Below are positions 38,324 through 47,251 of a stretch of 64,000 bases of DNA, piece by piece. The notes under the pieces were generated by a model, which worked only from the letters and a program-made list of their open reading frames with translations, had not been told where the DNA came from and did no database searches. This stretch comes from a virus. The first letter of the stretch is position 1; each line of letters starts with the position of its first letter. The stretch covers positions 82,269 to 146,268 of IMG/VR virus record IMGVR_UViG_3300036831_000148; one strand, 5' to 3'. The position numbers and the translations under genes were made by a program.

Positions 38324-38902
38324 CTAGCTGGTGCGCCTGAGCATCTCAGCGGTAAGCGCGTCCTGCATGTGCTGCAGGTCCGCCGTCGCGCGCTCGTTCC
38401 CCTGCGCCCCCGCCAGGCGAAGCTGCTGGTCGGCCAGGTCCTGACGGCGCCGGATCTCGGCCGTGCTCAGCGTCTTGAACAGTTCGGCTGCCTCGCGGCC
38501 TGTCTCGCCTGTCCAGTGCTGCCCGCCGACGAACGCGGACCCGTCGCGGATGACCTTGAACCGCTCGGTAAGGACGCGCTCCAGTTGCGCGAACCCGCGG
38601 GCCACGTCAGTGGCCTTGTGGCCGTGGAACTCGTTAACCCGGCCGAACACGCCGGGGTCCAGGCGCGTGCCGTCCTCAACCCCGTGCCAGCTCAGCAGGT
38701 AGGTGTCCGGCGCGACCAGGCCAGCGTCGAATTTCACGGTCAGCTTCAGCCCGTGCGGGCCAGCCAGGTCAACCGACGTGCACCGGGTACCCGGCTCCTC
38801 CAGTTTGTGCGAGGCGGTCAGCCCGTACCAGGTAGCCAGGGCGGCCACCCGGGCGGCCATGGCCGCCCGGTCAGCCTTGCGCCGCGCGCTCAGCTCAGGC
38901 AT
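38324..38902 (-). CDS. hypothetical protein
   Basis: 192-aa ORF; hairpin about 38286-38318 downstream. Confidence 0.7.
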   Translation of the reverse strand: MPELSARRKADRAAMAARVAALATWYGLTASHKLEEPGTRCTSVDLAGPHGLKLTVKFDAGLVAPDTYLLSWHGVEDGTRLDPGVFGRVNEFHGHKATDVARGFAQLERVLTERFKVIRDGSAFVGGQHWTGETGREAAELFKTLSTAEIRRRQDLADQQLRLAGAQGNERATADLQHMQDALTAEMLRRTS

Positions 38903-39563
38903 CCCCGTAGCTCCGGGCCGTCACGAGGCCGAGCAGGTAGGGCCCGGCCGGCTCCTCGACCGGCTCGACCCACTTGCCGGATGCCCCCGGCTCGTAATGC
39001 CCCTTCTCCAGCACCTTGACCACCTCGGCCTGAATGGTGGCAGTCACGTGGCCGGTAGCCGCGCTCCGGCGGAACAGCACCCGGACGGAGCCGAAGCGGT
39101 GGCCCTCCGGCAGCCGCTCGCCGGCCAAGTCTGACAGCCATTCGAGTTCTTCCGCCTTGATGCCGGCGTGCCCGCCGTCAGCCAGGGCGAACATGGCCCA
39201 CAACTGGCCGTTGTCGTCACGGTCGAACATCGGGCACCCGGCGACCCGCGCCCGGATGCCGAGGTCCCCGCCGGCCTGGCGGGCCATGAAGTCCGCGAGG
39301 TTGGGGATAACCGGCTCGCCGTTGTTGTCCCCCCTGGCGCGGCGGACGCCGGCGTTGTCCGCCTCGTACGCGCCGGGCTCGTCGGCCGGGAGGTTGTAGG
39401 AGGCCAGCAGGGCCGCCACGCGGCTCGCGCGGACCGCCCAGTAGCGGTTCGTCGCCCACCACTCGCCCTCGAACTTGTTGACGGCGAGCGGCGCGGGGCC
39501 GTGCTTGAGGGAGAACCGGCCGGTAACCATCTTCCTGGCCGCGGTCGCGGGGTTGGGTGCCAT
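38895..39563 (-). CDS. hypothetical protein (cassette gene)
   Basis: Leader 39569, palindrome 39616. Confidence 0.75.
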   Translation of the reverse strand: MAPNPATAARKMVTGRFSLKHGPAPLAVNKFEGEWWATNRYWAVRASRVAALLASYNLPADEPGAYEADNAGVRRARGDNNGEPVIPNLADFMARQAGGDLGIRARVAGCPMFDRDDNGQLWAMFALADGGHAGIKAEELEWLSDLAGERLPEGHRFGSVRVLFRRSAATGHVTATIQAEVVKVLEKGHYEPGASGKWVEPVEEPAGPYLLGLVTARSYGDA

Positions 39564-39868
39564 CTGGGTGCCTGCCCTTCGGTTGACTGCTTGCAAGCCC
39601 TACTCTAATGCAGAGCTTGACTAGAGTCAAGCGCGAGGGCGGGACGGCTGCATGTTCAGCACCGTGTCCGCCGTCTGGTGACCAGCTGCGCCGAGCAACT
39701 GCAGGGACACGTTCAGCACGGCCGCCAGGCAGGTACGGCAGATGTTGCGGACCCGCATCGACCCGTCCGGGGTGAACAGCGGGACCGGCAGCGAGGGGGC
39801 GTCCCCGTCGCCGCACAGCGCGCACGCGGTCTCCACCAGCGGGAGAACCTGCGTGTCGCCGCCCCTGC

Positions 39869-40180
39869 TCACGGCCATCCCCCCCAGCTAGTCTCGATGC
39901 CGAGCGCCGCAGCGCCCGCCAGCAGGATGTCAGACCTGGCGCGGCTGCGCGCGGGAAGGTCCAGGTAGGCGAACAGGCGGCCGATCGCCGCCAGCAGGCG
40001 CACCAGGCCGGACAAGTGCACCGCGTCGCGCTCGGGCTGGTCGGACATCACCCAGTCGGCCACGCTGGTACGCGACGCGCGGCGCAGCAGCACGGCGAAC
40101 GCTATCCGGTCCTCAGTCTGCCGGTAATGCTCGGGCCGCGCGCGCCGCAGCTCGCCGAGCAGGTCATCGTTGGCTGTCAC
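39869..40180 (-). CDS. hypothetical protein, followed by CxxC ORF 39627-39878
   Basis: Coupled ORFs. Confidence 0.55.
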   Translation of the reverse strand: MTANDDLLGELRRARPEHYRQTEDRIAFAVLLRRASRTSVADWVMSDQPERDAVHLSGLVRLLAAIGRLFAYLDLPARSRARSDILLAGAAALGIETSWGGWP

Positions 40181-40281
40181 GATCCTTGTCTCCCGCTTTG
40201 AAACCGGTAAAGAGCGGGGGCAGTTACTGCCCCCGCTCTTTACTACTACGTCCGGCGGTCACCGCACAGGCGCTCCGGCCA

Positions 40282-41361
40282 TCACCCCGCATCATCCTGA
40301 GCAGGGACAACCCAGTGGCCGGCGCTGTAGGTCACGCCAGCCTCCGCCGGGCCGCCGTCGTGCACCCGCTTGACGATGTTCGCCGCGCGCATGCGGCTGT
40401 AGCCACGGGCTGCAAGCCATTCCACGGCCTCGCGCCGGTCAAGCTGGCCGCGCGCGCGGCGGGCCTCGGCCGGGTGACGGCGCGCGTCGCGGTCGGCTTC
40501 GGCCTCAGCCTCGGCCGCGACGCGGTGCGCGGTGGCCAGTTCCTCGGCCAGTCCGGGCGCGCTGACCGCGACGCGCGCCGTCACCCGGCCGTGGAACGTG
40601 GTGAGCTCAAGCACCACGGTCAGCGAGGCGTCCACCGCGACCCAGAGCCTGGGGCCGACCTGACAGCGGTAGACATCGGCTGCGATGCGCTCCGACAAGT
40701 CAGGCTCCGTAGCCTCCGGGCCGGCGCCCAGCGCGTCGCCCAGCGCGGTCAGGGCCTCCGCTACCTTCAGGTCGCCGGCGGCGCGCGGGTACCTGAGAGC
40801 AAGGCGCTCGCGCGCCTGCCGGAGGCAGAGCCGGGCCTGTCCGCTGGCGAGCCCGGCCTCGCGCCGGTCAAGCTCAGCCTGCGCGCAGGCTGTAGCGGAC
40901 TGCGGCCCGGGGTGCGCGTGCGAGCAGGACCAGGAGAATTTCTGGCCGCCCGCGAACCGGTACCAGGCGGGCTCGTCGGAGATGATCCCGATGTAACTGC
41001 AGTCCCCGGAGGGGGACAGTGCCCATGTCGCGTGCCCGGTTACCGGGCCCGCCTGCGTCGTGTCCTCGGTCACCGGGTCCGGGGTTACCTCGGTCACCAG
41101 GGACGCGGGCCCGGCTGCGCCGGCTACCAGTTCCTCGCCGGCGCCGAGGAACTGGTAGCCGGTAAAGATCCGGTTCGGGTAACTGTCCAGCCGGATGTAC
41201 CAGCCGTCAGCGTGCTCCTCAGTGTAGAGAATGACGCCAGTGTGCTCCGCTGTCAGCTCGCGCTCGCCTGTCGTGGGCGCGATGTAGCGCCGCACCGTCA
41301 CCCGGTCCCCGGGGCGGGGCACGTAGGCCCCGCTCCCGGCCTGCTCCTGCGTACTGGTCAC
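40282..41361 (-). CDS. multi-domain hypothetical protein
   Basis: 359-aa ORF coupled to leader-bearing 41358-41594. Confidence 0.7.
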   Translation of the reverse strand: MTSTQEQAGSGAYVPRPGDRVTVRRYIAPTTGERELTAEHTGVILYTEEHADGWYIRLDSYPNRIFTGYQFLGAGEELVAGAAGPASLVTEVTPDPVTEDTTQAGPVTGHATWALSPSGDCSYIGIISDEPAWYRFAGGQKFSWSCSHAHPGPQSATACAQAELDRREAGLASGQARLCLRQARERLALRYPRAAGDLKVAEALTALGDALGAGPEATEPDLSERIAADVYRCQVGPRLWVAVDASLTVVLELTTFHGRVTARVAVSAPGLAEELATAHRVAAEAEAEADRDARRHPAEARRARGQLDRREAVEWLAARGYSRMRAANIVKRVHDGGPAEAGVTYSAGHWVVPAQDDAG

Positions 41362-41651
41362 CGCTTTGCCTGCACCTTCGCCAGGATGTCCTCGGCCAGC
41401 ATCTCGGCCGTGGCCAAGTCAAAGGTAATGCGCTCGTTCGGCCACTTGGTGGCATCGACCACCAGGGTCAGTTCGTTGTCGTAGTCGTTCTCCACGCCGA
41501 CCTTGAGGCCGGTCTGCCCGTCCTCGCCCAGGAAGTCCGCCATGTCTGACAGGCGGGTGCCGCCCTCGGTGGTCATGCTCTCGGTTACCCGCATCGGGTG
41601 CCTGCCCTTCGCTCGGCTGCTTTATACTGCCAGCGTAGTGTATGGCTTGAC

Positions 41652-41846
41652 TCAAGTCAAGGTAAGAACCGGCCTCTTCCACAGGACTACGTCTACCGGC
41701 CAGAGGGCGACGTGGAACCAGCAGAGGTCGTTGTTGAAGTTGGCGCACCACCAGTACCCGAATGGCCGGTGCCGGTCGATCGAGAACGCGAACTGCCCAA
41801 CCTCAACCTCAACCGCGAACACCGCCCCCATCCACTTAAACCTCAT
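41652..41846 (-). CDS. Trp-rich small protein
   Basis: Leader 41848; stop lies inside palindrome 41646. Confidence 0.6.
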   Translation of the reverse strand: MRFKWMGAVFAVEVEVGQFAFSIDRHRPFGYWWCANFNNDLCWFHVALWPVDVVLWKRPVLTLT

Positions 41847-41960
41847 GTGCCTGCCCTTCGCTCGGTTGCTGATAGCTCTACTGTAGTGCATGGCTTGACT
41901 AGAGTCAAGACATACGGCAGCCCCGCGCCGGGGAATCGGGCGCGGGGCTGGCTGAGGGGG

Positions 41961-42410
41961 CTAGGCGAACGTGACGGTCATCGTGTAGCGGCCGGCGGCC
42001 CGGTCGTAGCGGACCACGCCGGTGATGCCGTGGAGGGCCTCGAACTCGGCGAACTCGCTGCTCCCGAACTGGGCGAGCACCGCGTTGGACTCCCGGGGGG
42101 TCATCCCGACGCGCGGACCCCGCAGGAAGGAGAGAACGTCAATGCGGGTGAGGTCGGGGAAAGTCTCCTCAGCCGGGGACGGGCGGTTCCAGCCGCCGAC
42201 GCGCTCCATGAACTCGGCGATGTGCTTGCAGATGGTGACAGCGGGGACGCCGTCGACCGTGATCACCCAGCCCTTGCGGTTGATGAAGTCGGGGCATTCG
42301 CAGGACGGGAGCGTGACCTGGTAGGCGCGCGCGCCGTCCCTGGCGCTGCGCACCAGGCCCGCGGTCGGGTAGACGGTCATGTCGTAGGTCTTGGCGGTGC
42401 TGGAAGGCAT
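41961..42410 (-). CDS. SWIM zinc-finger protein
   Basis: YQVTLPSCECPDF...ICKHI; leader 42412. Confidence 0.8.
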   Translation of the reverse strand: MPSSTAKTYDMTVYPTAGLVRSARDGARAYQVTLPSCECPDFINRKGWVITVDGVPAVTICKHIAEFMERVGGWNRPSPAEETFPDLTRIDVLSFLRGPRVGMTPRESNAVLAQFGSSEFAEFEALHGITGVVRYDRAAGRYTMTVTFA

Positions 42411-42597
42411 GTGCCTGCCTCTCGGTTGGCTGCTGTACCTCCATTGTAGTGCACTGCTTGACTACAGTCAAGACATCTGCCCAGGGAAAGAACAAGGGAC
42501 CGGAGCACGGGGGCTACTCCGGTCCCTTGAGGGGGATGACCAGCCGGCGATCTTGGGGAGGTCACGTCGGCGCTTCACGTCTATTATCACACCGCTG

Positions 42598-42915
42598 TCA
42601 AGCGGGCGGCCCCGGGCCAGAGCTCCCGCCGGGCGGGGCGGACGGCCCGGCGTCATCCCTGACGCGGTGGCGGCCCGCCGGGCGGCCGCTCGCCCGGGGG
42701 GGCTCCCCGTGCACCGGCACCTCGTTCACCCGGACCGCGACCTTCACCGCCTCAGCGGGGTCTACCACGACCACCAGCACGTCGCCGTAGGTGTAGACGT
42801 ACACCCGGGAGCCGCCCAGCTCCACGTACGGGTGCGGCTCGCCGTCGGCGGGGTGGAACACCGCTGACCGGGACGCCGTGCGGTCATCCTCGCTGAGCTG
42901 CTCTAGAACCGGCAT
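42598..42915 (-). CDS. hypothetical protein
   Basis: Behind palindrome 42985. Confidence 0.6.
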   Translation of the reverse strand: MPVLEQLSEDDRTASRSAVFHPADGEPHPYVELGGSRVYVYTYGDVLVVVVDPAEAVKVAVRVNEVPVHGEPPRASGRPAGRHRVRDDAGPSAPPGGSSGPGPPA

Positions 42916-43003
42916 GCGCGCGCCCTTCGCTCTGGGTCTGACGGAACTTGTTCGGACTTGTTGCCGAACACCATAGTGAAGCGTCTTGACGCTAGTCAAG
43001 ATC

Positions 43004-43466
43004 CTAGTACTGGCCGAAGAGGTAGGTCTCTCCCCGGACCGTACCGTCCGGCCGCGTGCGGTTCGCGTTGGCGATGATGTGCCCGTGCTCGGCCCACCAG
43101 GCGGCCAGCCGCACGTGCTCCTGCACGTCCCACGCGCGCATCGAGGCGACAGCCCGCCGGACATCGGCCGGGAGCCGGTCCGGGGCCGGCGGGACCTGCT
43201 CGCGCTTCCACTGCCGGATCCGGGCCGCGCCCACCACGAGCGGCTCGCCGCGGTGATGAACGATGCTGCGGGAACCGGTGTAGGAGGGCGCGCCGGGGGC
43301 AGCGCCGACCCCACTCCACCCGGTCCGCCAGGTAGGTGCACGGCGCGCCCCTGGCTGCCTGGCAGCGCGGGCACCTGACCTCCCGCGCGTCGGCGCCGGA
43401 GACCGGGCCGCTTGCGCGGTCGTATGTCAGCGGTGGCCCGACCGGGCCGGTCCTGGTCACCCTCAC
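43004..43466 (-). pseudogene. Zn-finger gene with apparent single-base frameshift at the G4 run 43309-43312
   Basis: CPRCQAARGAPCTYLADRVEW joins VGAAPGAPSY...RIRQWKREQV if one G is removed. Confidence 0.5.
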
Positions 43467-44282
43467 CGCGTCTCCAGCCAGCAGGCAGGCCACCAGCTCT
43501 CGTAGCCGTCGTCCAGCAGCACGTGCACGCTCGCGCCGTCGGTGCTGATGAACCAGGGCACCAGGTCGCCGTCCGGCAACCAGCACGCGTGGCGCTCCGG
43601 CACGCCCGGCGTGACGATGCCGTGCTGGCCGAGCCGCCAGTGAACCGGCGTGCCGAGCCACACCGGCGCGCCGGGCGGGAACTTCGCCTCCAGGCCCGGC
43701 AGCAGGTCGCGGGTGAACGCGTCATCGATGCCAAGCTCCGCCGGCAGGGTGACGTGCGCCATCTCCGCGGCGCCGGCCTCGCCGTACCCGCCTGACGTGT
43801 GCTCGCGGCCCCCGATCAGGGTGATGACCGCCCATGTCCCGCCGTTCATCAGGGCTCCTCCGCAGGGATCGGGTCGCAGACCTCGCACGAGCGCGACGGG
43901 CACCAGTCCGCAGACCTGGTGCAGTCCAGGCAGCCGTCCGGGTAGCGCTCGCGGTGCGCGGCCTCGCCTGCGGCCCGCCAGTCATCCCCGGCTGCCAGGT
44001 CGGGGCGCGCCTCCGTCCAGAGGGCGTGCGCCTCTTCCACGTCGGTGCGGAACCAGGTGATCCCGAACATTGCGACATGACTCACCCAGCCGGCCCGCAC
44101 GCTCTGGTAAGCGGAGTCACTGTGGTCGTACCCGAGGGACGAGATGTCAGCCGGGTCCACCCCGGCCGAGGTGCACACCGCCGCGCGGAGGTCTGCTACC
44201 GAGGTCTCAAAGTTGGCCCGCTCTACCGGGTCATCCGGACGGGCGCAGCCGGCGAGCGCGATGAACGTGACGCTGGCCGCGC

Positions 44283-44633
44283 TCACTTCGCCGGCTTCCC
44301 GTCATCCAGCACGCACGTGGCCTCGTAGTCGTCCCACCGGCTCAGGAGCTCGGCCACGGGCACGGGGCCGTCCTCAGACTCGCGCTGCACGTAGGCGAAG
44401 AACGCCCCGCCGATCTGGGCGAGCGAGGCGGCCAGCGCGGTCAGCGCCGGCATGACGTCGTACGCGCCGTCCTCACCCTGGCTCAGGTGAGGGGACACCC
44501 GCTCCAGGTAAGGCAGCAGGACGTCTGCCGCCGAGCCGGCGGGCCCTTCGGCCTCGGAGAACTCGATTGCCTGGCGCACCAGCGCCATCGCGGCGAGCAG
44601 GGCCTCGTCCTGCGCCGGGTTTTGACCGTTCAT
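44283..44633 (-). CDS. hypothetical protein, first of operon with 43849-44286 and 43463-43849
   Basis: Leader 44638, palindrome 44681. Confidence 0.75.
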   Translation of the reverse strand: MNGQNPAQDEALLAAMALVRQAIEFSEAEGPAGSAADVLLPYLERVSPHLSQGEDGAYDVMPALTALAASLAQIGGAFFAYVQRESEDGPVPVAELLSRWDDYEATCVLDDGKPAK

Positions 44634-44696
44634 GCTTTGCCTGCCTCTCGGTTGCCTGTGCGCCCAGCCTACCGGCTTCGCTTGACTTGTGTCAAG

Positions 44697-44755
44697 AAAA
44701 AGGTGAGGCCCCCCGTGTGCGAAAGGCAGGCAACCAATCCACGGGGGGCCTCGCC
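44697..44755 (-). terminator. intrinsic terminator with an unusually large 22-nt loop
   Basis: GGCGAGGCCCCCCGUG-[GAUUGGUUGCCUGCCUUUCGCA]-CACGGGGGGCCUCACC-UUUUU. Confidence 0.8.
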
Positions 44756-45506
44756 GCAGAGGGGACGCGCTCCGCGCCGGGCTACTCGGCTAAGTGGGCA
44801 GATCTGGCGCGCCGGGAGACGCCTCGCCCGGCGGGTTCCCCTCGCCGGCGCAGCAGGCCCGAAGGCCTGCCACGATCTTCAGTTGTCCCTGCAGCCCGCC
44901 TAAGCGGGGTAAGACGGGCTGCAGAGCCTTGCGCCCGGGTGCCTGGCCCGGGGAGCCTGTTCAGTTTTCGCAGCGGCCGGGCGCAGGACCAGTCCGGGGC
45001 CGGAACCGCCCGGCCGCCACTTCGACCCATCTGAGGGTGCACCTCGGTAGCCCGGGGTCGCGGCGGGCTACCACTCAGCTAGTCCCCGGGCCAGGTGTTT
45101 CGCTGGTCCGTAGCGGTGTCGGCGCGCCGGCCGTATTTGGTCTCAGCGCCCCTCACGCGTTCGCCAGGTACTTGACCTGGCCCGGGAAGCTAGAGGACAA
45201 CGGCCATCGGTTTCCAACCCCGGCCCGCGGAGACGCCAGGCGGCGAGCCTGACGCGGCGGAAGGCCCTGGCCTAGCAGGGTCCCGCTGCCCTCAAGTCAC
45301 TGTTCAGTTACCCGCCAGGGGCGGTATCGCTAGCGAGTCCGGCAAGCCGGGTTCTGCCGCGCTGTACCCCTCCCTGACGGGAGTCTTAGTGAGCGAGGCC
45401 CTGGGCGGAGGGGGCTGCGGCCTGCTCTGTGGCCGGTGTGCTGCCTTTCGGGCGCTCCTGGCCGGTCCCTCTCTTGCCTGCTCGCTGGCCTTCCGGCCTC
45501 GCTCAC
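44697..45506 (-). ncRNA. candidate long structured ncRNA (about 810 nt) with a 3' anti-leader loop
   Basis: No credible ORF; promoter TTGACA-18-TAGCCT; predicted +1 at 45506 opens a 12-bp stem (45495-45506 with 45389-45400); many hairpins including a cUUCGg loop near 44852-44869; ends in a GC hairpin plus U5. Confidence 0.8.
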
Positions 45507-45512
45507 AACTAC

Positions 45513-45543
45513 AGGCTAAAGGCTGGCCTTTACTCCTGTCAAG
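45513..45543 (-). promoter_or_regulatory. ncRNA promoter overlapping a palindrome variant
   Basis: -35 TTGACA (45542-45537), 18-bp spacer, -10 TAGCCT (45518-45513). Confidence 0.75.
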
Positions 45544-45547
45544 AGAA

Positions 45548-46108
45548 TCAGCGGGGATTCTTCCGGTCCGCCAGCAGCCGCAGCGCGGGCACCGGCCCGG
45601 TCACCCTCTCCTGGGTTCCCCGCTCGCGCTGCCATGCCTGCGCAAGGCCGATGCGGGCGCGCCAGGCGAGCTGGGAGACGGCGGCCGGGCTCAGGCCCCA
45701 CTCAGTTGCCAGGCTGGTCACCGGGAAGCCCTCGACCTCCGTCAGCCACAGTACCTGGCGCCAGCGCGGGGACAGCGTGCCGAACGCCCGGCCCACCATC
45801 TCCCGCTCCTCGGCGAGTACCGCCAGGTCGCCAGCTGCCGGGGCGTGGCGGCGCGGGGCCGGGTCGGCCGCGGGCACGGTGCGCCGCCGCTCGGCCAGCC
45901 AGTCACGGGCGATGTTGCGCACCGCCGCCAGTAGGTAGGGCCGGAACGCGCCGGCCGGCCCCCCGCCTGCCCGCATCGCGGCCAGGACCCTGGTAAAGGC
46001 CTCGGCCACGATGTCGTCGGCCGCGTCCGGCGGGACCAGGGACAGCGCGGTGCGCCTCGCCGCCGTCAGGTGCTCGGTGTACAGCGACGCGTAACCGAGC
46101 TCGGGCAT
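45548..46108 (-). CDS. ECF sigma-70 factor
   Basis: AADDIVAEAF...FRPYLLAAVRNIARD and region 4 LSPRWRQVLWLTEVEG...RAR. Confidence 0.9.
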   Translation of the reverse strand: MPELGYASLYTEHLTAARRTALSLVPPDAADDIVAEAFTRVLAAMRAGGGPAGAFRPYLLAAVRNIARDWLAERRRTVPAADPAPRRHAPAAGDLAVLAEEREMVGRAFGTLSPRWRQVLWLTEVEGFPVTSLATEWGLSPAAVSQLAWRARIGLAQAWQRERGTQERVTGPVPALRLLADRKNPR

Positions 46109-46161
46109 GGCGGCATGCTAACGGCCCCGGAGGTGACTCCGGGGCCGTGTCGCGAGACTCG

Positions 46162-46473
46162 CTAGCGGGCTGCGCCGTTCAGCCGCTGGCCCCACCGGGC
46201 GAGCGCGGCGCGCGCCTCCCGGTCCCCGAGCTCGGTAAGCCGGTAGTACCGGCGCGGCGGGCGCCCCTCGGCCGGCGGGTAGATGTCCTCCCAGCGCGAC
46301 GTCGTCCAGCCCTTCTCCTCCAGCCGCCCCAGGATCGGGTACAGCGTCCCGCTGCAGATCCCGGTCGCGGCCCGGACCTGCAGCCCGTACACCTCCCGGC
46401 CGGGCTCAGCGAGCAGCTCGCGCAGCACCAGCAGCGTGGTCAGCGTCATCCGGGGGTTGCGCGGCGCGCTCAT
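46162..46473 (-). CDS. PadR-family transcriptional regulator
   Basis: YGLQV...SGTLYPILGRLEEKGW...RRYYRLT. Confidence 0.9.
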   Translation of the reverse strand: MSAPRNPRMTLTTLLVLRELLAEPGREVYGLQVRAATGICSGTLYPILGRLEEKGWTTSRWEDIYPPAEGRPPRRYYRLTELGDREARAALARWGQRLNGAAR

Positions 46474-46793
46474 GCCGTATCGCCGGTCAGCCGCAGGGCC
46501 ATCGCGCGGTCGGCCTTCCTGCGGGCCGGGTGGGGCAGTGCCCAGACGCACCCGTCGTCAAAGTTCACGCAGAAGTAGTTGCCGTTGTAGATGACCGTAC
46601 TGCCGCAAGACGGGCAGTTCTCCAGCGTCACCCGGCCGCCGTTGCCCCCGTTCACGTCCCGCGCGGTGCTCCAGTTGCAGTTCCGGGTTTCGCAGCGCCA
46701 GTTGCCGAACCGGTAGGTAACCGGGCCGCCGTCACGCGGGCAGGCGTCCCCGGCGACCTGGCCGAAGGACGCACCCGGCTCGCGCCAGTTCAC
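46470..46793 (-). CDS. double Zn-ribbon protein
   Basis: CPRD...C....C and CPSC...C. Confidence 0.65.
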   Translation of the reverse strand: MNWREPGASFGQVAGDACPRDGGPVTYRFGNWRCETRNCNWSTARDVNGGNGGRVTLENCPSCGSTVIYNGNYFCVNFDDGCVWALPHPARRKADRAMALRLTGDTA

Positions 46794-47251
46794 TGGTCGA
46801 TCGAGACCCGGCCGCCGTCGCGGTAGGCCTCGCGCAGCGTCTGGTTCCCGGCTACGTGCAGGAACGGCAGCATGATGTCATCCAGCCCGGCCTGCTGCGC
46901 CGCGATGAGCGCGAGGTTGGCCTCCAGCCAGTCCTTGACCACCCTCCACGCGACGTTGGCGGCGTGCTCGCGGCTCTCGTAGGAGGTACGGCGCCCGCCG
47001 TCGCTGCGCAGCTTCCCGGCCCGGCTGGCGGCGGACAGGACCCGCTGCATCGCGTCGGTGTCCACCGGCAGGGTGAATGCCTGCTCACCGTGGCCCTCGG
47101 TCTTCAGGATGAACGACATCCCGACCGGCGCGCCGTCAGAGAAGTGCAGCGCCACCGAGTCGGCGCCCGCAGCGGCGAGGATCGCCTGGCACTCGGCCAC
47201 GGTCTTAGCCGCCGGGATGGCAGTGGTGTAGTTAAGGGGCTTACCGGGCAT
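46790..47251 (-). CDS. phage-type hypothetical protein
   Basis: LNYTT...KTVAECQAIL...VAWRVVKDWLEA, a pattern recalled from phage proteins. Confidence 0.75.
   Translation of the reverse strand: MPGKPLNYTTAIPAAKTVAECQAILAAAGADSVALHFSDGAPVGMSFILKTEGHGEQAFTLPVDTDAMQRVLSAASRAGKLRSDGGRRTSYESREHAANVAWRVVKDWLEANLALIAAQQAGLDDIMLPFLHVAGNQTLREAYRDGGRVSIDQ

Noticed and set aside
38895-39563. Possible beta-clamp-like protein (ATNRY resembling ATDxxR)
   Set aside because: A single short motif is insufficient support
44697-45506. ncRNA as tmRNA, RNase P RNA or a group II intron
   Set aside because: No tRNA-like ends, no GAGGAAAGUCC and no domain V seen; GOLLD/ROOL-type families cannot be excluded without cmscan
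44567-45938. ORFs overlapping the ncRNA region (44567-45034, 44782-45042, 44794-45252, 45389-45934)
   Set aside because: No RBS, low-complexity R/P/G/A translations, no codon bias
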